Below are positions 19,745-29,018 of a stretch of DNA of 64,000 nt, piece by piece. Origin of the DNA: an uncultured bacterium. Lineage in GTDB: Bacteria > Zixibacteria > MSB-5A5 > CAIYYT01. The position numbers were made by a program, and so were the translations under genes. Every line of letters starts with the position of its first letter. Within the stretch, counting starts at the first letter, position 1. Under the pieces are notes generated by a model, which searched no databases, was not told where the DNA came from, and was given only the letters and a program-made list of their open reading frames with translations. The DNA lies in the NCBI GenBank assembly GCA_963726455.1, contig CAVSCK010000004.1:1248001-1312000 (forward strand), read 5' to 3'.

Positions 19745-20251
19745 ATGGATTTTGTGTCTCATGCACTGTGGGGCGGCGTAGCCCTTGGCCGATCGAGAAA
19801 AAGAGATTTCCTGCTGGCCGCCAGCATCTCAATCATGCCCGACCTTCTTACCGAAGGGCTTTTCATGCTTCTTTACTTGCTGGGAATTGGCGGAATGCCG
19901 GGATGGCAAAACGGACACCCCAATATCACCGACTACCCTCTGTTTGCCCAGACCCTCTATAACATCACGCACAGTTCAATCGTCTTTGCGGCCGTATTCG
20001 GGTTGTTGTGGGTAGTGATTGGCAGGCCCATGTGGGTTATCACGACCTGGGGTTTGCATATTCTAATCGACATACCCACGCATTCGCTGGCTCTCTTCCC
20101 CACACCATTTCTCTGGCCAATTTCCAACCTGAAATTCGACGGGATTGGTTGGGATCAACCTGTAGTTTGGGTCGTTGACATCTCTCTGTTGATAACCAGC
20201 TACGCACTATGGCTATACCCCGGACTTCGTAGGAGGATACAAGGCGGATAG
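19745..20251 (+). CDS. Metal-dependent hydrolase (YdjM-like) membrane protein
   Basis: MDFVSHALWG, PD, THS, HILIDIPTH, FLWP. Confidence 0.75.
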   Translation: MDFVSHALWGGVALGRSRKRDFLLAASISIMPDLLTEGLFMLLYLLGIGGMPGWQNGHPNITDYPLFAQTLYNITHSSIVFAAVFGLLWVVIGRPMWVITTWGLHILIDIPTHSLALFPTPFLWPISNLKFDGIGWDQPVVWVVDISLLITSYALWLYPGLRRRIQGG

Positions 20252-20279
20252 TTCAGTGATCTCACCCGGCGGTCTCAGG

Positions 20280-20339
20280 GCGAAACTTGATTGCGATGCT
20301 AGTCTGACGCCAGCTTAGTCTTTCGGCGGTGCGTCAGAC
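20280..20339 (+). pseudogene. tmRNA remnant 3 (internal 3'-pseudoknot region)
   Basis: GTCTGACGCCAGC-TTAGTCTTTCGGCGGTGCGTCAGAC matches 19566-19604. Confidence 0.85.
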
Positions 20340-20489
20340 TTTGAGTCCACAACAACTATGTTGCCGGACTTTGCTCCGTTTTCCCATCCCTCTACAAAAT
20401 TCTCTACCAGAATCCGGGACAGCTTCGTAATTTCAGATACTGACTTTCAATAAGAAGCTCTTGACAATGACTGAGAAGAGGAGCATTCA

Positions 20490-21005
20490 ATGCAAAGAAG
20501 AGCGTGGCTAATACTAGCGTTTGTGGTAACATTCGGACTTGGTTACGCGGTCAGCCAGGGGGTATCTGCAACCTCGGACGACACGCAAAAGCTGAAACGA
20601 GTTACCGGAATCGGGGGCATCTTTTTCAAGTGTAAAGACCCGGGCAAAATCAGAGAATGGTACCATGCGCATCTCGGTCTCGAAACTGACAAATACGGGA
20701 CCAGCTTCGTGTGGTGGCAGGGCGCAGACTCAACCAAGAAAGGGTTTACTCAGTGGAGTCCGTTTAATGACTCGACGAAGTACTTCCTGCCGTCAACCAA
20801 GGAGTTCATGATTAACTATCGGGTTGCCAACTTGACCGCCCTGGCTGATCAACTCCGGAAAGAAGGAGTAACAATTCTCGATACGATCGAGTCATACGAT
20901 TACGGAAAATTCGTTCACATCATGGATATCGACGGCAACAAGATCGAGCTCTGGGAACCCAACGATGATGAATATAACAAATTCGAAGGTGGGCGCACTA
21001 AATGA
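20490..21005 (+). CDS. VOC/glyoxalase family protein with signal peptide
   Basis: KRVTGIGGIFFK, FMINYRV, YGKF, DGNKIELWEP. Confidence 0.88.
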   Translation: MQRRAWLILAFVVTFGLGYAVSQGVSATSDDTQKLKRVTGIGGIFFKCKDPGKIREWYHAHLGLETDKYGTSFVWWQGADSTKKGFTQWSPFNDSTKYFLPSTKEFMINYRVANLTALADQLRKEGVTILDTIESYDYGKFVHIMDIDGNKIELWEPNDDEYNKFEGGRTK

Positions 21006-21772
21006 CGGAAACAGGTGACATCCCTATTCTAGAGTTCGATCCGACTCCACGGGCCGTACTCGAGCCGTCGGCGGTCGTTCCTCGGGTCGATAACGCAGAG
21101 CATTGTGTCATCTGCTTCTTTGACGATATCGTCCGGCAGGTTGCCGCGGCCACCGGGGCGAAAATAGTGTTTGAAGATAAGGGCTGCTACGGGACAAACC
21201 AATATTACCAGTTTGAGCACAACGGACGTCCGGTCGTCTTTTTCCAGCCGTTCGTCGGCGCGCCGCTGGCGGCGGCCTTTATGGAGATCGCCATCGGACT
21301 CGGATGCCGAAAATTCGTCGTTTGCGGCGGCTCCGGCGTGCTCGATAGGGATATTTCGGTCGGCGGCTTTATCGTACCGGACTCGGCTATTCGCGATGAA
21401 GGAACTTCCTATCACTACGTCGCTCCAAGTCGAACGATAGAAGTGGGTCAGAGGGCGAAAGATGCGATCATCTCGACACTGGACAGTCATCACCAGTCAT
21501 ACCGGGTAGGCAGGATCTGGACGACCGATGGCTTGTTTCGAGAAACACCGGCAAGAGTCGCCCGGAGAAAGTCGGAAGGTTGTGTGGCGGTCGACATGGA
21601 AGCGGCAGCCCTTCTCGCAGTGGCCCAATTTCGCAATGTCGAATTGGGTTACTTGCTGTTTGGGGACGACGATGTTTCGGGCGATGAGTGGGTTCAGAGA
21701 AGCAGTCTATCGAAACTGCCCGTCAAGGAAAGAGTTTTCTGGCTAAGCGTGGAATCGTGCTTGAAGCTCTGA
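21002..21772 (+). CDS. Nucleoside phosphorylase family protein
   Basis: VGAPLAA, AIRDEGTSYHY, WTTDGLFRET, VDMEAAAL. Confidence 0.9.
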   Translation: MTETGDIPILEFDPTPRAVLEPSAVVPRVDNAEHCVICFFDDIVRQVAAATGAKIVFEDKGCYGTNQYYQFEHNGRPVVFFQPFVGAPLAAAFMEIAIGLGCRKFVVCGGSGVLDRDISVGGFIVPDSAIRDEGTSYHYVAPSRTIEVGQRAKDAIISTLDSHHQSYRVGRIWTTDGLFRETPARVARRKSEGCVAVDMEAAALLAVAQFRNVELGYLLFGDDDVSGDEWVQRSSLSKLPVKERVFWLSVESCLKL

Positions 21773-21832
21773 TTCACGTTCCGATATTATCTTAACGCGT
21801 TTTGACACTTCTGACTTGGTCACAACGCGAGT

Positions 21833-21861
21833 CGGGGGTTCGTCCTCCCACATCCACATTT
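21833..21861 (+). pseudogene. tmRNA remnant 4 (degenerate T-arm/acceptor 3' end)
   Basis: CGGGGGTTCG-TCCTCCCACATCCAC-ATTT versus ssrA CGGGGGTTCGATTCCCCCCACCTCCACCATTT. Confidence 0.6.
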
Positions 21862-22099
21862 GTAAGTCAATATAGTTAAATCAATTGCCAGGGCAGCGAG
21901 GGCACCGTCCTACCGTCCCCTGCTACGTCCGACCCTATATCATTCAATTGCACTGAATATCATGCGGCGAGAAGTGTCACGTCTTGGTTACAAGGAATCG
22001 TCGCCTAACTACTCCTTCTCAATCTATGTTTTGATTCACTGCGTATTGATACATTGTTACATCTGTGGCAATTGTGTTAACCAGTGGAACTGATCTGGA

Positions 22100-22300
22100 A
22101 TGAAAAAGAAATCGAAGACAGAAACCAGGGATCGGATGGTTCATATTCGGGTGAATGTGAATATACATCGCGAATTGAAACTCCTTGCCGTCAGGAATGA
22201 CACCTCGATCCAAAGAATCGTTGAGGAATTGATTAGGCACAAAGTAGAAGAGATGCAAGCTGCTCTCGAACGATCTGGTAAGACAAAGGGACGAGAATGA
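22100..22300 (+). CDS. Ribbon-helix-helix DNA-binding protein
   Basis: MVHIRVNVNIHRELKLLAVRNDTSIQRIVEELI fits the RHH pattern; ATGA overlap with the kinase. Confidence 0.7.
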   Translation: MKKKSKTETRDRMVHIRVNVNIHRELKLLAVRNDTSIQRIVEELIRHKVEEMQAALERSGKTKGRE

Positions 22301-24982
22301 TATTGTCCAAAGGTCAAAGACTCGGTCCTTATGAGATCGAAGCGCCTGTTGGATCCGGTGCGATGGGCGAGGTATACCGGGCTAAGGATATCCGTCTCGA
22401 CCGAGTCGTGGCCATAAAGGTCTTGCCAGCCGCTCTGGCGCTCGACCGGGAGCTTCGTGATCGTTTCGTTCGCGAGGCCAAATTGATTTCGAGTCTGAAC
22501 CATCCGAATATCTGTACTCTTTTTGATGTAGGTCATCAGGAAGGGATCGATTTCCTGGTACTGGAATATGTGGAAGGTGAAACGATAGCGGATCGTCTAT
22601 GTAGAGGAACGCCATCACTCAAGGAAGTAATCAACATTGGAATTCAAATCGCAGACGCTCTCGAATCAGCTCATCGGCGTGGCATAGTGCACCGGGATCT
22701 AAAACCAGGCAATATTATGCTGACAAAGACCGGGGTCAAGCTCGTCGACTTCGGTCTGGCAAGATTGGTGCGGGAAGATGAGACAACGCGAGAGAGTGAT
22801 GAAGCGACTCGAAAGAATCCGTTGACTGGCAAAGGGGCTATCCTTGGAACCATCCAGTATATGGCTCCCGAACAGCTTGAGAAGCCAAGAAGTCGATCAT
22901 CGGGCGGATATCTTTGCCTGCGGCGCAGTCTTATACGAAATGGTAACGGGCAAGCGGGCCTTTCAGGGCGCCAGTCAGGCAAATCTCATTGCGAGCATAC
23001 TGAAGGAAGAGCCGCGGCCGATGAACGAACTGACGCCCTTGGCTCCGCCGGCATTGGAACGTGTAGTCAGGCAGTGTTTGTCGAAGAATCCTGACGAACG
23101 ATGGCAGAGTGCCGGTGATCTCAAGTGCGAGCTCAAATGGATACTCGAGCAGACTGGGTCTTCCTCAGGGACGAACATCAATTCATCTCCAGTTCGCTCG
23201 CGATGGCGCATGATGTGGACTGGTGGCTTGACCTTGGCACTTATCGCCGCTCTATCCGTGGCAGGCGTACTCTATTTCGGCAAAGGGAGCAAGACACTTT
23301 CACTTTCGAAGCGTTTTGTTATACCCACAGAAGACTTGAAAGCCGGCTTCGCGATTGCCCCCGTGATCTCGCCGAGTGGACGGTTCATTGTCTATCTGGC
23401 TAACAATCATCTCTGGTTGCGAGACCTTACCAAACTTGATGCCGAAATAATCGCAGAAATGTCATCGACTACCTCTTTCGAAAGTGGGGTTGCCGAGGGC
23501 TTCTTCTGGTCCCCTGATTCGCGTGCCATCGCCTTCTGTCAGAATAAGCGGATGTGGAAATATGATATCGAAACCGGGTCGAAAATACCGCTTTGCGACG
23601 TTCCCGAAACAGGCGACATCATAGCGGGCGCCTGGAACAAGGCCGGAGACCTCATCATCGCAGTTTGGAGAGGGGGGTTGTATCGAGTTTCCGATCGCGG
23701 AGGAGCACCAAATTTACTCATGGCGATAGATAGTCTCAAGTATCATGACTTTCACTCTCCCACCTTTCTTCCCGACGGCCAGACACTAGTACTCTTCGTC
23801 CACGCCTACAACCCGGAAGATGACTGCATCGCCATCCTCAAGAAAGGCGCCACGGCGCTAACAAGGTTGATGCTCGTCCCACGGGCAGGAGGCGTGACTT
23901 ACTCGCCAACCGGTCATCTCCTGTACACCTTCGTGGACGTCAATCCTTCAATTTGGGCGGTGCCGTTCTCAGCCGAAAAGTTGGAATTGACGGGCAAACC
24001 GTTCCTGGCGGTTCAGGGCGGACAGTTTCCGTCGCTGTCGGAAGACGGGGCGATGATATATTCAGTAGGAATGATAGAGCAGGAACTCCAGATGACGCGA
24101 TTGTCGCTCGACGGATCGTCAGTCACGCCTATCGGAAAGCCGATAGCCGGCTGGGCGGCGCCGGTATTCACTCCCGACGGTGAACACATCACTTTTACGG
24201 CGACTGACGACACGAGACGAAATCTCTGGCAGTATGATGTGAGACGAGGAACACTGACGCGACTGACATCTGATTCATCGGTGGACGTTCTGGCAACGTG
24301 GGTTCCATCGCGAAAGGAGTATGCGTTCAACAGGATCTTGAGTGTAGGAAAGGGATTTGTCCTGATGCTCGACCCGACGACCGGTAGGGTTACCGATACG
24401 CTGGTGGAAGGACTGGACCTGGCACTGTCTCCGGATGGGCACAATATGACATATAATACCGACGTACGGGGTAGGATAACTATTTGGCGCCTGGACCTGA
24501 ATGACCCGGCACATCCGGAGATATTGTTAAACGCCGAACAGGGTGTGGGCTTGGGGGGTGGAGTCTCGCCGGTAGCCCCGAACGGACGTTGGTTCGCTTA
24601 TGCATCATCGGAATCGGGGATACGGCAGGTCTATGTGAAACGCTTCTTGGAGCCGAGTGAAGCGATACAGGTGTCAATAGATGGAGGGAATCTTCCGTTC
24701 TGGCATCCTTCGGGAAAGTTTCTGTTCTATGTAACAGATACGGCATTGATGCAAGTCGACATTGTTTGGGACGACACACCCAAGCTAAGCCAGCCGAAGA
24801 TGCTCGTGAATACGTCAGACCATCACCTCGTGCTTACTAACCACCAACATCGGGATAATGCAGCGATATCAATCAGCCCTGACGGATCCTACTTCATCGT
24901 TGGTCGGGCCGTTGGCGAAATCAGCGGCCAGAGATTGTTCTACGTTGATCATTGGCTTTCCGAGACTACCCCAGAGCGATGA
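22297..24982 (+). CDS. Ser/Thr protein kinase + TM + TolB/PD40 beta-propeller (frameshift near 22880)
   Basis: GSGAMGEVY, VAIK, HRDLKPGN, DFG, YMAPE, then ADIFACG in the next frame; WSPD/SPDG repeats. Confidence 0.9.
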
Positions 24983-25094
24983 ACTTGTCGGAAAATACGA
25001 GTCTTCTACGATCCAAGAGAAGATCCCACAGCAAGCTGTGGGCTGCCAAATTTCGCCGACCTCAAACAAGCTTCTTAGTTGAGCGTATCTGTGC

Positions 25095-25685
25095 ATGAAT
25101 AGTATGAATCCTAAAGTTGATGCATATTTGGGCCGAGCCAAGAAGTGGCAGAGAGAACTGATGAAGCTAAGAATGATCGTTCTTGGCTGTCAGCTAACCG
25201 AAGAATTAAAGTGGGGTGTTCCCTGTTACACGTTTCAGAACAGCAACATTGTTCTAATACATGTGTTCAAAGAATACTGCGCGCTCCTATTCTTCAAAGG
25301 CGCTTTGTTAAAGGACGCCAAAGGCATTCTAATCCAACAAACCCAAAATACGCAGGCGGCGCGTCAGACTCGCTTCACCAATGTTCGAGAAATTGCTGAC
25401 ATGGAACCCGTCCTGAAGGCCTACATCAATGAAGCCATTGAACTGGAAAAGGCCGGCTTGAAGGTGAAGCTTAAGAAGACTACCGATTTCGCAATTCCTG
25501 AAGAATTTCAAAATAGATTAGACGAAATCCCCGCCTTGAAAACTGCCTTTGCTGCGTTAACGCCTGGACGGCAAAGAGCATACCTTCTCTATTTTTCTGC
25601 ACCAAAGCAATCCAAAACCCGGGAATCAAGGATTGAAAAATGTGTAGAGCAGATTCTCGATGGCAAGGGATTGAATGATCAGTAA
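25095..25685 (+). CDS. YdeI/OmpD-associated (DUF1801) protein
   Basis: EELKWGVPCY, FKGALL, LTPGRQRAY, AKQSKTR-like motif; visibly AT-richer than its neighbours. Confidence 0.9.
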   Translation: MNSMNPKVDAYLGRAKKWQRELMKLRMIVLGCQLTEELKWGVPCYTFQNSNIVLIHVFKEYCALLFFKGALLKDAKGILIQQTQNTQAARQTRFTNVREIADMEPVLKAYINEAIELEKAGLKVKLKKTTDFAIPEEFQNRLDEIPALKTAFAALTPGRQRAYLLYFSAPKQSKTRESRIEKCVEQILDGKGLNDQ

Positions 25686-25913
25686 ATTCGACAAGAATGT
25701 GACCTGGCCAGAATCCCACAGCTAGCCGTTTGTTACCGGCTTTACACACAATCGATCGGACCATGTGTCCTCTTCTCCCGAGGCAGACCCGACAGCTTCA
25801 CCTCCCAATAGTCCTCCTCAGTGAAACTCCTTGACCTCTAAACTCGTAGTGATTTGAAGCACTGATTCACGGTTAACCATAGTAGGTTTCGCTATCTGAG
25901 AGGAGGTTCTTCA

Positions 25914-26591
25914 TTGACACACTACGATTCTTCTATTCATCAACGATGGATCACCGTCGGCATCGTCTGCGGATTCGCAACTATGATCGTTTATCCAGCG
26001 ATCATATTCATCGATCTGCCGACGCCGCTGGGAATCTTTCTGGCTGCCTCATTCGGGTTCTTGTTCGCTTTGGCGAGCATCGGTCTCAAGACGATACTTG
26101 AACTTGATCGACCGTCCGTGGGAGCCCAAATCGGCGCCCTTGCCAACATCATCGGCGGAGCTGTGGTAGCCGCTATGATGCTTATACAAGTGGCGGTCAA
26201 TTCACACATGCACACTCTGATGGATGCTACCGCAGCCGGTATCACCAAAGACACCTACCGCCAGGTCTGGTTGGCAATCGACAAAATTCAGCTCGCTCTC
26301 GATGTTACCTGGGATTACTTCGGTGGTATCGGCACGGTGCTGCTCGCCTTTGCCGCGGCGAGGCATCCCCGATTCGGTTGGTGGTTTGCCGCCCCGGGAA
26401 TTATCCTCGGAGTAGCGCTCCTCATCCTCAATTGTTGGACTTTCCCAACACCTCCGGCCGAGGGCGGACTCTTTGATCTCGGTCCGTTCGTTGCCCTGTG
26501 GTACCTGGTGATGATGATTCGATCGGTTTTGTCACTTAAATGGATCCGGTTGAGATTGCAGGAAATGGCGAGCGCTTCAGATTCGAAATAG
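25914..26591 (+). CDS. Membrane protein of unknown function (about 6 TM)
   Basis: AGGAGG SD with TTG start; hydrophobic helices; DLGP motif. Confidence 0.7.
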   Translation: MTHYDSSIHQRWITVGIVCGFATMIVYPAIIFIDLPTPLGIFLAASFGFLFALASIGLKTILELDRPSVGAQIGALANIIGGAVVAAMMLIQVAVNSHMHTLMDATAAGITKDTYRQVWLAIDKIQLALDVTWDYFGGIGTVLLAFAAARHPRFGWWFAAPGIILGVALLILNCWTFPTPPAEGGLFDLGPFVALWYLVMMIRSVLSLKWIRLRLQEMASASDSK

Positions 26592-26668
26592 CGTGTAAGT
26601 CAAGACGCCTTGGGCTGGACGGTGCCAGTGCACGGTAGTCATCATTATCTGCTCGTGCCCAAATCCCC

Positions 26669-26812
26669 GAAAGTGATCTAGTTTCAGCGAGGTCCCGGGG
26701 ATTGACTTGCGCGCCGAGTTTGCTCCGGTTGAGAGATAAATAAACCAGCGCGCGTTTGGACAGTCAATCGGCCGTTTCTTCTTACCGGCGTTCGATTCCC
26801 CCACTTCCACCA
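26669..26812 (+). ncRNA. tmRNA-derived copy 5: 5' and 3' ends joined, tag and pseudoknots deleted
   Basis: GAAAGTGATCTAGTTTC...GATTGACTTGCGCGCCGAGTTTGC joined to GAGATAAATAAA...AGTCAATC...GTTCGATTCCCCCACTTCCACCA. Confidence 0.75.
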
Positions 26813-26821
26813 TTAACAAAG

Positions 26822-26848
26822 AGGTCAAAACCGAGACGGTCTTGACCT
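26822..26848. repeat. REP-like hairpin (related copies at 16522-16546 and 17409-17435)
   Basis: AGGTCAAAACCG-AGA-CGGTCTTGACCT; consensus GTCAAGACCGAGGCGGTTCTG. Confidence 0.65.
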
Positions 26849-26890
26849 ATACGACGCTAATTTACTACCCAATCTTCGCACGCTATCCGC

Positions 26891-27688
26891 CTAAAGATTA
26901 AATCCGAGAGTAAAAGCAAAGGTGTTTACTATAGAAAAATTATATTCGGCTGCCAGGTTGAGTTTCCAAATAGAATAGGCGACTCCGGCATAACCCTGCG
27001 TAACTGAAAGGTTCTCTCTATTCAGATTCACTTTGGAGGTTGTTTCTGTCCCGATAACCAGACTCTCTCTAAAACCAACATAGGGAGTCAGCAAAGTAAT
27101 CTTCTTACTTGCCATCACTTCAATGCTGTAGATGTTTAGATTAAAGTCGGGAACCCCGGTAAGCAATGTGGCACTCGCCCTTACGGCTGCCGCAGGAGAT
27201 TTCCCGGATTCTTGTAAGAACGAATATTTAATTTCTGCACCCACTACACCGTAGTTGGCTTCCGGTGCTGTGGTCCAATAACCGCCAATATCCATTCTAT
27301 CAGAAACTCCCATGCCAGCTCGAATTGTCGGAGTTGATACACGGTCGCCTAAAGGGCAGTCTGCATCAGGATGCGTGAAAGTATTGATCCAGGCAAGATC
27401 GTGCTGATCAACTGGAGTGAATGCATCACCGATCGCAATTTGGAAATTCATCTTGCCAAGAGTCTTTGCAGATGCCAGTGATTTGAAGGACATAAGCGCG
27501 CCGGTTTGTTCAGTGAATTTGTGCCATTGGGCCTGCGTTAGTGAAGGATCGATGACCATTGAACAGGACTTGACACTTGGATCGATATGCCAATAGACAT
27601 TGCTGCCGTCGCTCTGTGCGTGCGCCACAGATACGAGCGCGAATAGAACCAAAGAGGTCACTGCTACCATTAATGGTCTGCTTCTCAT
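26891..27688 (-). CDS. Putative outer-membrane beta-barrel protein
   Basis: Signal peptide, alternating beta strands, C-terminal FTLGFNL. Confidence 0.7.
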   Translation of the reverse strand: MRSRPLMVAVTSLVLFALVSVAHAQSDGSNVYWHIDPSVKSCSMVIDPSLTQAQWHKFTEQTGALMSFKSLASAKTLGKMNFQIAIGDAFTPVDQHDLAWINTFTHPDADCPLGDRVSTPTIRAGMGVSDRMDIGGYWTTAPEANYGVVGAEIKYSFLQESGKSPAAAVRASATLLTGVPDFNLNIYSIEVMASKKITLLTPYVGFRESLVIGTETTSKVNLNRENLSVTQGYAGVAYSIWKLNLAAEYNFSIVNTFAFTLGFNL

Positions 27689-27848
27689 GATGTTCTCCCC
27701 TGCAAATTGATATCCTGGAGATCAATTTGACTTGTCTTGATGTTTTGTTTTTGTGATTTCCACTTTCCTGTACGCCGTTGCGGCCAATACATGATTGCAG
27801 CAGTTTTGATTCAGTTGGTGTACCTCATGTTTCATCCTATCTTGGTTT

Positions 27849-28427
27849 CTAACCATTTGCATCGTTCTTTTGTCTTGCCAGCGTCGCACCGATAACATCG
27901 GTGCCAACATCCATGAGAGTCTTGATGATATAATCCTGATTGCAGTCCTTGATCAGGCCGACGCAGATCAGCGAGGCCAGGCCATGGGTGAATGTCCACA
28001 TTTTCCTCAGGAGCACGCGCCGCTCACTGTCCGACAGCGACGTGAATCTGCTATCCTTAATGATCTCGGATTCCAGTTTGTTGAGGAATTCATGGACGAC
28101 ATCGCCATAGCTGTCCCCTTCCAACATCAGCGCCCTATATAGCCGGCTGTGCTCACAGGCGAACATCGCGATGCCGGTTCCCATGTTCAGAAACACCCGA
28201 TCGGTGTAAGGTCGAGAGGCGTATTCCAACAATGCTCTCTGCGTTTCCCGGATCACACACAAAGCCAGTTCGTCCATTGCCGCAAAGTGATTGTAGACGG
28301 GCGCCGTTGAGGAACCCAGTCTGACAGCTACGTTTCGAGCAGTCAATGTATTCAGACCGTTTTCCTCAACCACACTCACGGCCGCCTTTATCACTTCATC
28401 CCTCGCATACTTAATCTTGGGTGGCAT
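27849..28427 (-). CDS. TetR/AcrR family regulator
   Basis: MPPK...LTARNVAVRLGSSTAPVYNHF; WTFTHG. Confidence 0.92.
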   Translation of the reverse strand: MPPKIKYARDEVIKAAVSVVEENGLNTLTARNVAVRLGSSTAPVYNHFAAMDELALCVIRETQRALLEYASRPYTDRVFLNMGTGIAMFACEHSRLYRALMLEGDSYGDVVHEFLNKLESEIIKDSRFTSLSDSERRVLLRKMWTFTHGLASLICVGLIKDCNQDYIIKTLMDVGTDVIGATLARQKNDANG

Positions 28428-28455
28428 ATCTCACCAATCCAATGCTAAAGTTACA

Positions 28456-28495
28456 TAACACATGTTAGCTTACGTCTGTTATATAACAGATGTTG
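28456..28495. promoter_or_regulatory. Tandem palindromic operators (likely TetR autoregulation)
   Basis: TAACACATGTTA, TTACGTCTGTTA and TAACAGATGTTG at a 14-bp period, just downstream of a minus-strand TTGACA (28502-28507). Confidence 0.6.
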
Positions 28496-29018
28496 CATTA
28501 TTGTCAAGAAGTCTTTGATTAGACTATTGCAAGGGAAATCGCCTCTCGGGAGTATCACGAACATGTTGAACAACATGAACATAGGTTGAATCAGGCCCCG
28601 CGGCAACTGGAGACCAACCCCCAAACGATCATGAAATCTATTTGCCGACAGTCACGTCGAGATTCGCCAGTCTTCTGCCCCTGGACTGCCGACACCGGTG
28701 GCTCTCTGGTATATAGGTCGTTGTCATTGGTGGTGGAGAGACTGCTGTTATGTATACTCAACAGACGAGGTCCTCAACCCGTCGTCTCATTAGCAACGGA
28801 CATGGCCTTCGATACCGTTTTCTTGAAACCGGATAATGGTAACCGCCGTAGATAGACCTTATATTCTACCTGAGGTCTCATTAACACTCGGGTAACTTGG
28901 GGCGATTACTTCCCTGAGAAGGTCTTTGACACAGAGCAAAAGAATGTGCCGGTACGCAATTCAGGAATCGGAACGGACGGATTAACACGCGCGATCTGGA
29001 CAGCAGCAAGGAGATTCA

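Noticed and set aside
28984-29003. AACACGCGCG..GGACAG as a sixth tmRNA remnant
   Set aside because: Only about 10 nt of identity, which could be chance.
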